From: Prevotella sp.
GTDB lineage: Bacteria > Bacteroidota > Bacteroidia > Bacteroidales > Bacteroidaceae
DNA length: 64,000 nt
Direction of reading: 5' to 3'
Assembly (NCBI GenBank): GCA_017941345.1
Contig: JAGAWQ010000007.1
Location: 39,108-103,107, forward strand
Position 1 is the stretch's first letter; each line of letters begins with the position of its first letter. The position numbers were made by a program, and so were the translations under genes. This document shows positions 51,635 through 61,878 of the stretch, piece after piece. Below the pieces are notes generated by a model. It was not told the origin of the DNA and did not search any database. It worked only from the letters and a program-made list of their open reading frames with translations.

Positions 51635-54600
51635 TTATTGATGAGTGAATATAATCAGTTTCTTTGTCTTCGTGGCATAACTGCTGCCCTCGGTGCTGAG
51701 ACTCAGCTTATAGAGGTAGAGACCCGTCTGCAGTCGACGTCCGCCGTCAACGGTCAGGTCCCAATTGATTGTGTAGGTATTATCCGTCGACACGCCGTTC
51801 TCAGAGTGCGTCCACAGGTGGCGTCCTGACGTGTCGTAGACGTCGAGCATGATATCCATCTGCGAACCCACCCTGTCGTGTACGATGGTGAATGTGGTCT
51901 GTATACGTGCCGGATTAGGCGAACACTCTACGTCGAGGAACAGGGGTACTAAGCCTTTCTCTACTTGGAAGGTGAGTTCTGCTGTCGACGAGTTGTTCAG
52001 GATATCCCACGCCCTAAACTGCAACTTATGCTGCCCGTAGGTCAGTGCTGGGATGCTATAGCCCACCCTACCCTTCGTATAGCTGCCGAAGTCGAACTGG
52101 AAATAGTCGTTCAGCGAGTAGGTCTTCGACAGGTCGCCATCGATGATGAGCTGCAGGTCGTGGCCTATGCCACTGCCTGAGGCATTGATACCATCCTCAT
52201 CGCTCACCTCAGCCACAAAGTATGGCGTCGTGTTCACACTGCCGCCATTGGTGAATGACGTGCTGTTGAGATAGCAGTAGATGTTAGGGCCTACGGTGCT
52301 CTGTCCTTGGGTGTCAGAACCATTCAGTACCAGGCTGTTACAGATGCCGTTGGCCTGGATAGTCTTCTCTGTATTGACTGCATAGAGGTTCATCTGTGCG
52401 TCCAGGTCGGAGTATTTGATGTCCTTGGGTATGGCAAACGAGAAAGTGAAGCGTCCGTTAGTGACGTACCCGCTGCCACTATACACCGTATTAGGACGGT
52501 CGTAGTAGACGAAAGGCTCCTCTGCGCCATCCTTCGACGTGTCGTTCAGTTTGCAGACAATCTGCTCACGTACGTCGCGCACCACAGCTGTCATTGTTCC
52601 GTTGAACGTCTCGTCACTGTTGTTCTCCTCATTCAGCACACGTCCTGTCACAGTGGCTTTCGAGCCTGCCTTCAACGTGAGTGTGGTACCGTCCGTCAGC
52701 GCAGTGCCGTTGATGGAGTCAACGCTGATGTTGCGTGTGGGGATAGCCAGTCGCAAGGCCGGATCGCCCAGCAGCGTATATTGCAGCTTGTTAGGCGACA
52801 AGTCCTGTCGTGAGGTAATCAGCTCGTTCTTCGTCAGACGTATAGCCTCGCCAATAGGCAGCGGCTTCCCGTCGTCGTCACGACTCAGCACGTTGCGTGT
52901 AAAGGCGAGGTTCATCAGCCGGTTGTAGCTCTGGTAAACGGTCCGCGTCGTACCATAGAAGGCAATAGCTCCACCTTTGCTGTTAAAGAATGCCGTCTCG
53001 CCAATATTCTCTTCCTGTCCGTCGAAGGGCATGATGTCACACGAGGCCGTCATCCACAGGGGCAGGCGCAGCGATGTAGCTACCTGGAAATCAGACAGTC
53101 TCAGCACGTATTCGTGCGACATAGCGTCAGCACGCCCGTGTCCTGAGTAGTTCATCATCAGAGCGCCCTGCTGCATCTGCTGTTTAATCAGGCGTGTGAC
53201 GTCAGGATACGAATTACCTGTCGAAGAGGTTACGCGGGTATAGGCATCCCACATGATTCGTTTCACCAGCAGCTTGGGATAAAGTATCTCCACCGACTTC
53301 GCTACAGAGTCTGCATCGGCCATGTGGGCGTTCTGGTTACCATCGTCGCCCATGAAGCACACGATGTTCTGCCAGGCTCCAGCCTCCCCATTCTTCAGAT
53401 AGCTCTCTATCTTGTCGACAGCTATCTTAGCCTCGTCGGGTGTGCGTGCAGAGATGCGTCCCACAGCCACATCGGCCTTATCGCTCGAAACCAGGTCGCC
53501 GCCCTCGTTGTCATCCAATATACAGAAGTAGTCGTCGCTGACGTAGCAGTTTGTTTCGCTGTAGGAGTTCTCACTCTCATAGCAGAGCAGGAAATCGTCA
53601 GGCGAACAGGTGCTCCACTCGCTCAGCACCATGCGGTTGTCCCATGCACCATCGCCAAACAGCACCAGATATCTGGGCATGTCAGCATCCGTCTCGGCCC
53701 TGTCGTAGAGCATCTTCAGGTAACGTCGGTAAGCATTGGCATCGGGTGTTCCACTGGAGAACTCATTGAACAGCTCATCGGCAGGGGCTATCGTCACCCT
53801 CAGCCCGTCGTACTGCTCATGTAGTGTCTTGAGGCGCTGGGCTTGAGTCAGCAGTTTCTGCGACGTGGGGATGACGATGACCATATCAGCAGCCGTCGAG
53901 GCATGAAAATTCTGATTGGTGATGCGTCCCACGATTTCTGGCGTACTATAGGTCTGCGTCAGGTCAGGAGCCGTTGTGGGTTGTGTGGCATAGGTAGAGA
54001 TATAGTCCAGGCGCACTGTGCCGCTGCCTGCTCTTGGTGTCAGCACAATGGTGTTCGAGGCTTGCAGGTTGGACACATTAAATGTCGACTGTGCAGTACG
54101 CATCATCTCAAGGCTGCTGTTCGCAGACATCACAACAGAGCCTACAGAAACATCGTTCAGCGTCACGTCAACTGTTGCACCATCAGCAGCAGAAAGACTC
54201 ACCGTCAGCGTACCTTCAGCCGATGTTCCTGTCGAGGCCACCGTATAGCTATAGCTTTTCGCTGCCGCCAGCTCCTTTGAGTCATACAGGTTGCGGCCTC
54301 CGTGGAACCAGGCGTAGTCATCTACCTCGTAGAGTGAGCAATAGTTGTCCATAGCAGGATAGTAATTCTGCAGGAAGACGTCCTGCGTCAACAGGGCAGG
54401 TTCGTCGTCATTCTCCGTCAGGAAGTAGTATCCATAATTAGAATAAGGATTGCGCACGCGTAAATGATGGCTATCCCACGAAACGGGTCCTACGCCATAG
54501 AACAGCCGTCGGCCACCCACCTCACAGGTAGGCAGCTCCGTCAGGTCGTCAGTCTCTGTCAGATAGTCGCCCGTCAGCTTCTCAGGCTGCAACTCGCCAC

Positions 54601-55171
54601 CATAGCCGTATATCTTCACCTTCGACAACGACGAGAATCCTGCCCTGCGGATGAGTTCGTCCGTCAGCTGATAGATGCCCGTCGAGGGGACTCGTATCTT
54701 GACCCATGTGCCTTCCTTCAGCACGGAGCTTTCAGCATAGCGTTCCTCGGTCGATGCCGCACGATGCTTGCTGCCGGCTGACTTGCTCTTGATATCGAGC
54801 ATGAAGCTGACCAGTTTCTGGTACTGTCCCTCACGATAAACCAGTGGGACAAACGAGATATACAGCTGACCCTCCTTGCGCGAAACGGCCATCAGCTGAT
54901 TGATGTCAGGCATCTCCTGCAATGGTTTGCTGCTCAGCGCGTGGTAGCGTTGCACATCGGCTTCGCTCATGGGGATAAATTCAGGATATTCTATGCTGAC
55001 GCTATACACGGAGTCGGCATAGTGTTTTCCTACTGGATAGACATAGGTGAACTGTGGCAGCAAAGAGTCAATCCCGACCTCCTGAGCGGTCAGGTTGAAA
55101 AACCGTTGGGCGCTCATAGTCAGCGAGCATGCCCACAGTGCCATACAGAGTATATACCTTCTTGTCTTCAA
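51635..55171 (-). CDS. porU: Type IX secretion sortase PorU (peptidase C25)
   Basis: NEFSSGTPD, LFGD, YSGHG, TASC, LLGDP; C-terminal CTD. Confidence 0.92.
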   Translation of the reverse strand: MKTRRYILCMALWACSLTMSAQRFFNLTAQEVGIDSLLPQFTYVYPVGKHYADSVYSVSIEYPEFIPMSEADVQRYHALSSKPLQEMPDINQLMAVSRKEGQLYISFVPLVYREGQYQKLVSFMLDIKSKSAGSKHRAASTEERYAESSVLKEGTWVKIRVPSTGIYQLTDELIRRAGFSSLSKVKIYGYGGELQPEKLTGDYLTETDDLTELPTCEVGGRRLFYGVGPVSWDSHHLRVRNPYSNYGYYFLTENDDEPALLTQDVFLQNYYPAMDNYCSLYEVDDYAWFHGGRNLYDSKELAAAKSYSYTVASTGTSAEGTLTVSLSAADGATVDVTLNDVSVGSVVMSANSSLEMMRTAQSTFNVSNLQASNTIVLTPRAGSGTVRLDYISTYATQPTTAPDLTQTYSTPEIVGRITNQNFHASTAADMVIVIPTSQKLLTQAQRLKTLHEQYDGLRVTIAPADELFNEFSSGTPDANAYRRYLKMLYDRAETDADMPRYLVLFGDGAWDNRMVLSEWSTCSPDDFLLCYESENSYSETNCYVSDDYFCILDDNEGGDLVSSDKADVAVGRISARTPDEAKIAVDKIESYLKNGEAGAWQNIVCFMGDDGNQNAHMADADSVAKSVEILYPKLLVKRIMWDAYTRVTSSTGNSYPDVTRLIKQQMQQGALMMNYSGHGRADAMSHEYVLRLSDFQVATSLRLPLWMTASCDIMPFDGQEENIGETAFFNSKGGAIAFYGTTRTVYQSYNRLMNLAFTRNVLSRDDDGKPLPIGEAIRLTKNELITSRQDLSPNKLQYTLLGDPALRLAIPTRNISVDSINGTALTDGTTLTLKAGSKATVTGRVLNEENNSDETFNGTMTAVVRDVREQIVCKLNDTSKDGAEEPFVYYDRPNTVYSGSGYVTNGRFTFSFAIPKDIKYSDLDAQMNLYAVNTEKTIQANGICNSLVLNGSDTQGQSTVGPNIYCYLNSTSFTNGGSVNTTPYFVAEVSDEDGINASGSGIGHDLQLIIDGDLSKTYSLNDYFQFDFGSYTKGRVGYSIPALTYGQHKLQFRAWDILNNSSTAELTFQVEKGLVPLFLDVECSPNPARIQTTFTIVHDRVGSQMDIMLDVYDTSGRHLWTHSENGVSTDNTYTINWDLTVDGGRRLQTGLYLYKLSLSTEGSSYATKTKKLIIFTHQ

Positions 55172-55174
55172 GCG

Positions 55175-55792
55175 TTATTTACAATTAAACTCCAGCACCC
55201 GTCGGTCTTCCAACCATCCGACCAGATGGTCGTCGATGTGCACGGGCCCCACGCCCACAGGCGTTCCTGTATAGAGCAGGTCGCCCGTCTTCAGCGTGAA
55301 GAACTGCGAGATGTAGCTGATGAGCTCGTCTACCTTGTACAGCATGTCGCTCGTACATCCCTCCTGCACAGTCTGGCCGTTGATGTCCAGATGGAAGTGC
55401 AGTGTCTGGATATCTCTCAGCTTGTCCCTCTCCACCCAGTCGCCAATGACTGCAGAGCCGTCAAATCCCTTGCATATTTCCCAGGGGTGTCCTGCCTGGC
55501 GGGCTTTCCGTTGCCAGTCGCGCGCCGTGAAATCGATGCCCACAGTCACTGCGTCGTAGTAGCGGTGAGCGAAACGCTCAGGGATGCTCTTCCCCAGTCG
55601 GCAGATGCGCACCACCACTTCCGTTTCATAGTCCACCTGCTCGCTCCAATCGGGTATGAAGAAGGGCTTATGATCCTTCAGCAGTGACGAGTCAGCCTTG
55701 GTGAAGATGACAGGTTGCTCTGGTTTATATAACGCTCCATCCAGCTCTTTATTGTGCTGGATATAATTCATTCCAACTGCAAATATTTTCAT
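55175..55792 (-). CDS. Fumarylacetoacetate hydrolase family protein
   Basis: VGMNY..H, DYETE, DFTARD, KGFDGS, TGTP.GVG. Confidence 0.9.
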   Translation of the reverse strand: MKIFAVGMNYIQHNKELDGALYKPEQPVIFTKADSSLLKDHKPFFIPDWSEQVDYETEVVVRICRLGKSIPERFAHRYYDAVTVGIDFTARDWQRKARQAGHPWEICKGFDGSAVIGDWVERDKLRDIQTLHFHLDINGQTVQEGCTSDMLYKVDELISYISQFFTLKTGDLLYTGTPVGVGPVHIDDHLVGWLEDRRVLEFNCK

Positions 55793-55811
55793 ATTCTCTC
55801 TTTTTTTGCTG

Positions 55812-55838
55812 CAAATTTACGAAAAAATTGTAACTTTG
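55812..55838. promoter_or_regulatory. Back-to-back divergent -7 boxes
   Basis: TAAATTTG (minus, 55819-55812) and TAACTTTG (plus, 55831-55838). Confidence 0.65.
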
Positions 55839-55845
55839 CAGCGAA

Positions 55846-56820
55846 ATGCGTATGTTTTTGACATATCTGATGCTTTGTGTGGCCACCCTGCTGTATGCCG
55901 AGGGCGACCCACACAGCCTGCGCATGATGGGTATTCCTCTTGAAGGGCATGCTGACAGTGTGCGCCAGCAGTTGGTCAAGGGCGGCTTCGCTGAGTGGGG
56001 ACAGAGCGACGATGGCGAAGACCTCTACTTCCGAGGCAATTTCTATGGCATACGCGCCAAGCTCATCCTCACCAAGTCTACAGAGACTCATTTGGTCACC
56101 TCAGCATACGTCACCATAGGACCATACAGTACAGAGGCCATGCTTACGCGCAACATGCAGTATTTCCTCTACAAACTGCAAAAGGAACATGGCGAGTACG
56201 CCCAGCGCGACGACTCCTACTTCTTCCTCGACGATTTTGGCAGCGTCAAGCTCTCGCTGGCTGACAACGGCAATGGGTCGCGCGACATCCGCATACTCTA
56301 TTTCCCCAACAGTGCTTTTTATAAGGATGCTGTCAGCATGGGCTATCACGGTCATGTGCAGGAGGTAGTCACAGAGAATGCTGTGGCAGAGGAACAGTTT
56401 ATGCGCTTCGGACAGGACGGCAAATTGGAAAACCCAGACCTGACGCATCGACAGTATGACCGCTATGGCTATCTCACCAGCGCACAGATGACAGAGCAGA
56501 CGGGGCATAGCAACGTGCAGTATGAGTACGACGACCATTACCGGCTGAAACGTCGCATCTTAGCTAACCATGAAGCTGGTATCACTTATATCAACGATTA
56601 TAATTACAACGAGTGTGGCGAGTTAGCCACCCAGTACCAGAATGTGTATGACAAAAACAAGGAGTGCATCCTCACCATCACCATACGCAACAACTACCTG
56701 ACGCGCGATGATGAAGGCAACTGGACCAGTAACTCGCTCAGCCTGTCGTATTGGGAAAAAGGCCAGCAGAGCCAACAGACCACCGTACTACAGAAGCGCA
56801 CGCTCACCTATTGGGACTAA
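55846..56820 (+). CDS. Secreted hypothetical protein with YD-repeat-like C-terminal half
   Basis: Signal peptide; YDRYG, YEYDD, YNECG, RDDEGNW, R.LTYW. Confidence 0.7.
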   Translation: MRMFLTYLMLCVATLLYAEGDPHSLRMMGIPLEGHADSVRQQLVKGGFAEWGQSDDGEDLYFRGNFYGIRAKLILTKSTETHLVTSAYVTIGPYSTEAMLTRNMQYFLYKLQKEHGEYAQRDDSYFFLDDFGSVKLSLADNGNGSRDIRILYFPNSAFYKDAVSMGYHGHVQEVVTENAVAEEQFMRFGQDGKLENPDLTHRQYDRYGYLTSAQMTEQTGHSNVQYEYDDHYRLKRRILANHEAGITYINDYNYNECGELATQYQNVYDKNKECILTITIRNNYLTRDDEGNWTSNSLSLSYWEKGQQSQQTTVLQKRTLTYWD

Positions 56821-56827
56821 ATATACT

Positions 56828-57115
56828 ATGGAACAAGGAACTTTTTACGAGATTTGTGGCATCGTGGCTAGCATAGCCATGATTCTGGGCTATCTGCCTC
56901 AAGCCATCAAGACCATCCGTACACGCGAAACTGACAGCATCGCTATGCCTACCTTCCTGATGATGGGCATTGGAGCCATCTGCTTCATGCTGCAAGGACT
57001 GTTGCACCAGCCTGAAATCATCTGGTCGCTTTTCCTGACCAATCTGGTCACTGGCGTTTGTAGCGCCATCGTCTTCACCATCAAGATATACAACGATTAT
57101 TTCAAGAAGAATTAA
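56828..57115 (+). CDS. SemiSWEET/PQ-loop family transporter
   Basis: YLPQAIKT.RTR.T..IA; three TMs; likely ATG at 56828. Confidence 0.8.
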   Translation: MEQGTFYEICGIVASIAMILGYLPQAIKTIRTRETDSIAMPTFLMMGIGAICFMLQGLLHQPEIIWSLFLTNLVTGVCSAIVFTIKIYNDYFKKN

Positions 57116-57121
57116 AACGTC

Positions 57122-57706
57122 CTATATTCCAAACGTCTTGCTCAGCACCTCTTCCACCACCTTGGGGTAGTAAGCCATCTCCAGCTGGTGCTCTTTTTCG
57201 GCTATATCGTCTGCCGTATCGGTGGGCGACAACACTGTCTTATACTGGGCTATAATTTCACCACTGTCGCAAACTGGCGTCACATAGTGCACTGTCATGC
57301 CCGTCTCCGTCTCGCCAGCTGCCTTCACAGCCTCGTGTACGTGGTGTCCCCACATGCCCTTACCTCCATATTTCGGAAGCAGCGCGGGGTGGATGTTGAT
57401 GATACGACGTGGGAAGGCTTCAATCAGGAAATTAGGTACCAGTGGCAGGAAACCCGCCAGCACCACGAAATCGATGCCGTAACGCTCCATCAGCGGCATC
57501 ATCACTGCTTCATCATTCAGTTCAGGCTTCGTGGCCACTGCCGTTGGGACACCCACCCGCTCAGCCCTCACCAACGCATAGGCATCGGCCTTGTTGCTGA
57601 CCACCAGCGCACAATTCACACTTTCCGAACCGCTGAAATACTTAATCAGGTTCTCACAGTTCGTTCCTCCTCCTGACACAAAGATGGCAATATTAATCTT
57701 CTTCAT
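57122..57706 (-). CDS. purN: Phosphoribosylglycinamide formyltransferase
   Basis: SGGGTN, LAGFL, INIHPALLPKYGG.G, TGMTVH, DSGEII. Confidence 0.95.
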   Translation of the reverse strand: MKKINIAIFVSGGGTNCENLIKYFSGSESVNCALVVSNKADAYALVRAERVGVPTAVATKPELNDEAVMMPLMERYGIDFVVLAGFLPLVPNFLIEAFPRRIINIHPALLPKYGGKGMWGHHVHEAVKAAGETETGMTVHYVTPVCDSGEIIAQYKTVLSPTDTADDIAEKEHQLEMAYYPKVVEEVLSKTFGI

Positions 57707-58689
57707 ATGGTTGATTGCATTGATTCCAATAATAACTCTATGAGACGAGGCACACCGTAGTTGCCTACCTCCGTCTCCTTCAGCCAGATATAATCTTCAG
57801 GCAACAGGGGGCGCACAGCCGTCTCCCACAGCCAGAAGTCGGCGTATATCACACGATGCGTCAGCACATGCTTTACGTCTTTTCTCAACAGACGGGCTCC
57901 TACAGGCACCTCGTCAGTCAACCAGGGTTCATACAGTCCCTGCCAGATGTCTCCCTCACCACGTCGGTGAAAAGCCGTTTCGCCCTGACATCTGATGTAG
58001 ACATACGTCAGCCTACGCTCTTTCACCTTCAGCGTGCGGAGCTTCACAGGTAGATTGCCTACCCAACCCTCGCGGAGTGCCACACACGATTCCATCAACG
58101 GACACTCACCACAGCGAGGCGACTTGGGTATACACTGTATCGCCCCGAAGTCCATCATCGCCTGGTTGTAGGCCGATGCCTCGTCCCTGGGCAACAGCTC
58201 CTGAGCCAACTGTGCAAACTCCTTCTTACCCTCCGTCGTGTTGATGGGGGTGCTGATGCCGTAGTGTCGCGCCAGCACCCGATACACATTACCATCCACC
58301 ACCGCTGCTGGTAATCCGAAAGCTATCGACCCGATGGCTGCCGCCGTATAGTCACCTACACCCTTAAGCGCCTTGATACCCTCCAGTGTCTGTGGGAAGC
58401 CACCTTGCTCTACAATTTGACGTGCTGCCGTATGCAGGTTTCTCGCACGGCTGTAGTAGCCTAGCCCCTGCCATTCGCGCAGCACCTCGTCCTCAGAAGC
58501 CTCAGCCAGATTCTCCACCTTGGGCCATCGCGCCATAAATCGCTCCCAATAAGGAAGTCCCTGCTCTATGCGTGTCTGCTGCAATATGATTTCCGACAGC
58601 CAGATGGCATAAGCGTCATGCGTCTCACGCCAAGGCAACGCTCTTCCGTTCTCTTGGAACCAGTGCAGTATGGTGGTGGTGAAACTCAT
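57703..58689 (-). CDS. mutY: A/G-specific adenine glycosylase
   Basis: LPWR, SEIILQQT, WQGLGYYSRARN, HhH LKGVG.YTA, VDGNV, 4Fe-4S C..KSP.C..CP....C. Confidence 0.93.
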   Translation of the reverse strand: MSFTTTILHWFQENGRALPWRETHDAYAIWLSEIILQQTRIEQGLPYWERFMARWPKVENLAEASEDEVLREWQGLGYYSRARNLHTAARQIVEQGGFPQTLEGIKALKGVGDYTAAAIGSIAFGLPAAVVDGNVYRVLARHYGISTPINTTEGKKEFAQLAQELLPRDEASAYNQAMMDFGAIQCIPKSPRCGECPLMESCVALREGWVGNLPVKLRTLKVKERRLTYVYIRCQGETAFHRRGEGDIWQGLYEPWLTDEVPVGARLLRKDVKHVLTHRVIYADFWLWETAVRPLLPEDYIWLKETEVGNYGVPRLIELLLESMQSTI

Positions 58690-58693
58690 GAGG

Positions 58694-59416
58694 TCAGAAG
58701 TTCCACTTCACGGCCAGCGTAGGGTTAATAAAGAACGACTTGTCGTTGTAGGTATTGTAAATGAAGTTGTTGCTGATTTCAACCTCAGTACCAATGCTCA
58801 GATGCTCAGTAGCATTATACCAGAACTGGGGCTCTGTAAGGATAACGAGCATACCATGACGCTCATGACCTTCACGCCAATTCTCACCACGCCAGAAGTC
58901 GATGAATCCGGAGAAAGTGCACTTCTTATTGGCAAAGGTAAGTCCCCAAACCCCTGTCAGCTGGAAGCTGGCATAGGCGCGCGTCCAATCATAGCTCTTA
59001 AAGAACTGCTTGTACATGAGCTGCACCGACCATGTCTTCGAGAAGTCTGCCGAATGACCGTTATAGGCAGGACCGAGAAGTGCTGCGTGCTGGAAACTAT
59101 GAATGTCATCGCGCCCCAAACCGCCGTTGTACTCAACATGAGCAGCAAAGGGTGTCTCTTTGCCCAGTTTGAACTCCCGTGAAATCTCAGTATAGGCACT
59201 GCGGAAATGTTTGCTGGTGAGGTCGATATCTACAAAATAGTACCATGAGCCCCAATTGTCGGCCTTAAACTGTTCGAGGGTGACGGTCACCTTCTGACGG
59301 TCAGACTCCTCATTAGAATAGAGATTACGACCGAAGTCGTAGTGCAACTGGATGTTCTGTGCTTGTGCGCCTAAGGCTGCTATAGTCATCAGCGCTAAAG
59401 AAAATAGTTTTTTCAT
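58694..59416 (-). CDS. DUF5020 outer-membrane protein (Tsx-like)
   Basis: QNIQLHYDFG, TLEQFK.D.WGS.Y.FVD, EPQFWYN; terminal Phe. Confidence 0.75.
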   Translation of the reverse strand: MKKLFSLALMTIAALGAQAQNIQLHYDFGRNLYSNEESDRQKVTVTLEQFKADNWGSWYYFVDIDLTSKHFRSAYTEISREFKLGKETPFAAHVEYNGGLGRDDIHSFQHAALLGPAYNGHSADFSKTWSVQLMYKQFFKSYDWTRAYASFQLTGVWGLTFANKKCTFSGFIDFWRGENWREGHERHGMLVILTEPQFWYNATEHLSIGTEVEISNNFIYNTYNDKSFFINPTLAVKWNF

Positions 59417-59441
59417 ATCTTTTAATTTTTAACTTTTAATT

Positions 59442-60755
59442 TTACAACAATGGAGCGACATATTTCAGGATAAAGAGTGCGCCAAGGAGGTACATAAACC
59501 AGGAGAGGTGTTTGCCCTCGCCGATGCAGACCTTGACGATGATGTAAGACAACATTCCAAGCACAATGCCCTCAGAGATGCTGGCCGTGAAGGGCATCAT
59601 CATCATTGTGATGAAACAGGGCATACCCGTGCGGAAATGTACGAAATCGATGTTCAGCACAGGACGCATCATCATGACACCCACCAGGAACAGGGCACTG
59701 GTGGTGGCTGCCGATGGGATCATAAGGAATATCGGCGAGAAGAACAGCGCCACAAAGAACAGCAGGGCTACCGTTATTGAGGTAAGACCTGTACGGCCTC
59801 CTTCGGCAATACCCGTCGTACTCTCAACATAAGTGGTGACGGTAGAAGTACCGCAAATAGCACCCATAGTAGTGCCTATAGCATCGGCCATGAGTGCCTT
59901 GTTCAGATTGGGCACGTTACCCTTCTCATCGACCATCCCAGCACCTATCGATGCACCCATCAGTGTTCCGATGGTGTCGAAGAGGTCCATGAAGAGCAAT
60001 GTCAGCACGACGATGATATAGTCGATATCGACAGCGAAGAAGCGCGAGAAGTCGAACTTCAGCGCAATGGGTTCGAGAGATGACGGCAGGCTAAGCAGCG
60101 TAAAGCCCTCAGGCACGTTGGTCACCCCAAAGGGAATGCCGATAATGGTCATCAGCAGGATGGTGTAGAACAGAGCACCACGAACCTTCATAGCCAGCAG
60201 TACAGCTCCCAGCAGGATGCCTCCTACGGCAATGAGCGACGTGGCATTCCAAGGTCCCAGAGCCGTCATGGTAGAGGGACTTGCCACGATAATACCACCA
60301 TTCTTCAGTCCGATGAAGGCGATGAAGAGTCCGATACCCACCGAGATGGAGTAGCGCAGGTCGAGCGGTATGCAGTCGACTATCGCCTGACGTACCTTGA
60401 AGATGGTGAGGATGATGAACACAACACCCTCTAAAAGAACGGCAGCCAGTGCTTCTTGCCACGTGTAGCCCATCGAGATGACCAGCGTGTAGGCGAAGAA
60501 GGCATTGAGACCCATGCCTGAGGCCAGCGCGAACGGCATCTTGGCGTAGACAGCCATCGTCACCGTAGCAATGAAGGCAGCAAGTATGGTAGCCGAGAAG
60601 ACGGCTCCCTTGTCCATTCCTGCAGCGCTGAGGATGATGGGATTCACCGCCAGGATGTACGACATGGTCAGGAAGGTCGTCAGACCAGCCAACATCTCCG
60701 TCTTCACGCTATGCTTGGCTGGGTCGAAACCGAAAATAGTAAGAATTTTTTGCAT
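59442..60755 (-). CDS. NCS2/AzgA-family purine permease
   Basis: AGLTTFLTMSYILAVNP, GMGLNAFF, YVES..GI.EGGRTG. Confidence 0.92.
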   Translation of the reverse strand: MQKILTIFGFDPAKHSVKTEMLAGLTTFLTMSYILAVNPIILSAAGMDKGAVFSATILAAFIATVTMAVYAKMPFALASGMGLNAFFAYTLVISMGYTWQEALAAVLLEGVVFIILTIFKVRQAIVDCIPLDLRYSISVGIGLFIAFIGLKNGGIIVASPSTMTALGPWNATSLIAVGGILLGAVLLAMKVRGALFYTILLMTIIGIPFGVTNVPEGFTLLSLPSSLEPIALKFDFSRFFAVDIDYIIVVLTLLFMDLFDTIGTLMGASIGAGMVDEKGNVPNLNKALMADAIGTTMGAICGTSTVTTYVESTTGIAEGGRTGLTSITVALLFFVALFFSPIFLMIPSAATTSALFLVGVMMMRPVLNIDFVHFRTGMPCFITMMMMPFTASISEGIVLGMLSYIIVKVCIGEGKHLSWFMYLLGALFILKYVAPLL

Positions 60756-60762
60756 TATTCGT

Positions 60763-61878
60763 TTATTGATTTAATAGTTCTATCATCTGTTTTGCAGCAC
60801 AGTCGGCAGCTTGGCTGTCACCGAGCCGCTGGTGCACCTCGTCGTAGTCGCGGAGCATCTGTTCGCGCTGGGCACCGCCAGGCAGGATAGCCTCCAGTTC
60901 CTTGCGGATATTATCGACGCTGAAGGTCTCGGCCACCAGTTCGCGTACCACCTCGCGGTCGGCAATGAGATTGACCAGCGAGACATATCTGACACTCAGG
61001 ACATAGCGCTTTAGGAATCCGATAAGGCGGGGCAGCGGAGTTTCGTAGCAAACCACCTGAGGCACGCGGAACATGCAGGTCTCGAGGGTCGCAGTACCAC
61101 TGGTTACCAGAGCAGCTGTTGCCTGAGCCAGCAGAGCATACGTCTCGTTCATGACCAGACGGGCTGTGCTGTCTTTCAAGAATTGCGAATAATAGTCGGT
61201 ATCTATCGAGGGGGCTCCTGCCACAACTACTTCGTAGCGGTCGGTCAGGTGAGCCGTAGCAGCTATCATAGCGGGCAGGTTGTCCTTAATCTCCTGGCGA
61301 CGGCTACCAGCGAGCAGAGCTATCACAGGCTTTTTGCTTATACTCTCGGAACTCATGGAAGCCAAGAACTCGCGTACCTCCTGTGCTGTTGGATTGCCTA
61401 CGTAGTGGATGGGATAATGGTGTTTCTTCTCGAAGAAATCGACCTCGAAGGGTAAGATGGAGAACAGTTCGTCAACATCGCGCTTGATACGCTTGATGCG
61501 ATACTCCTTCCAAGCCCATATCTTGGGCGAGATATAATAGTAGACGGGACAGATACGCTGCGCCTTGACATATTTGGCGATGTCGAGATTGAAGCCGGGA
61601 TAGTCGACCAGGATGACCACATCGGGGCGCCACTGGCTGATGTCCTGCTTACACATCTTCATATTACGCAGAATGGTGGGCAGATGGAGCAATACGGGGA
61701 CGAAGCCCATATAGGCCAGCTCGCGGTAATGCTTCACACGATGACCTCCGACAGCCGACATCAGGTCGCCTCCAAAGAAGCGGAACTCCGCCTTCTCGTC
61801 GCGTCGTTTCAACGCTTGCATCAGGTGGGAGGCATGCAGATCGCCACTGGCCTCACCGGCTATCAGGTAATACTTCAT
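60763..61878 (-). CDS. lpxB: Lipid-A-disaccharide synthase
   Basis: AGEASGDLH, VDYPGFN, YISPKIWAW, GSR..E, SGTATLE. Confidence 0.95.
   Translation of the reverse strand: MKYYLIAGEASGDLHASHLMQALKRRDEKAEFRFFGGDLMSAVGGHRVKHYRELAYMGFVPVLLHLPTILRNMKMCKQDISQWRPDVVILVDYPGFNLDIAKYVKAQRICPVYYYISPKIWAWKEYRIKRIKRDVDELFSILPFEVDFFEKKHHYPIHYVGNPTAQEVREFLASMSSESISKKPVIALLAGSRRQEIKDNLPAMIAATAHLTDRYEVVVAGAPSIDTDYYSQFLKDSTARLVMNETYALLAQATAALVTSGTATLETCMFRVPQVVCYETPLPRLIGFLKRYVLSVRYVSLVNLIADREVVRELVAETFSVDNIRKELEAILPGGAQREQMLRDYDEVHQRLGDSQAADCAAKQMIELLNQ

Noticed and set aside
55846-56820. Rhs toxin
   Set aside because: Only a few YD-like units; no Rhs core, toxin tip or immunity gene
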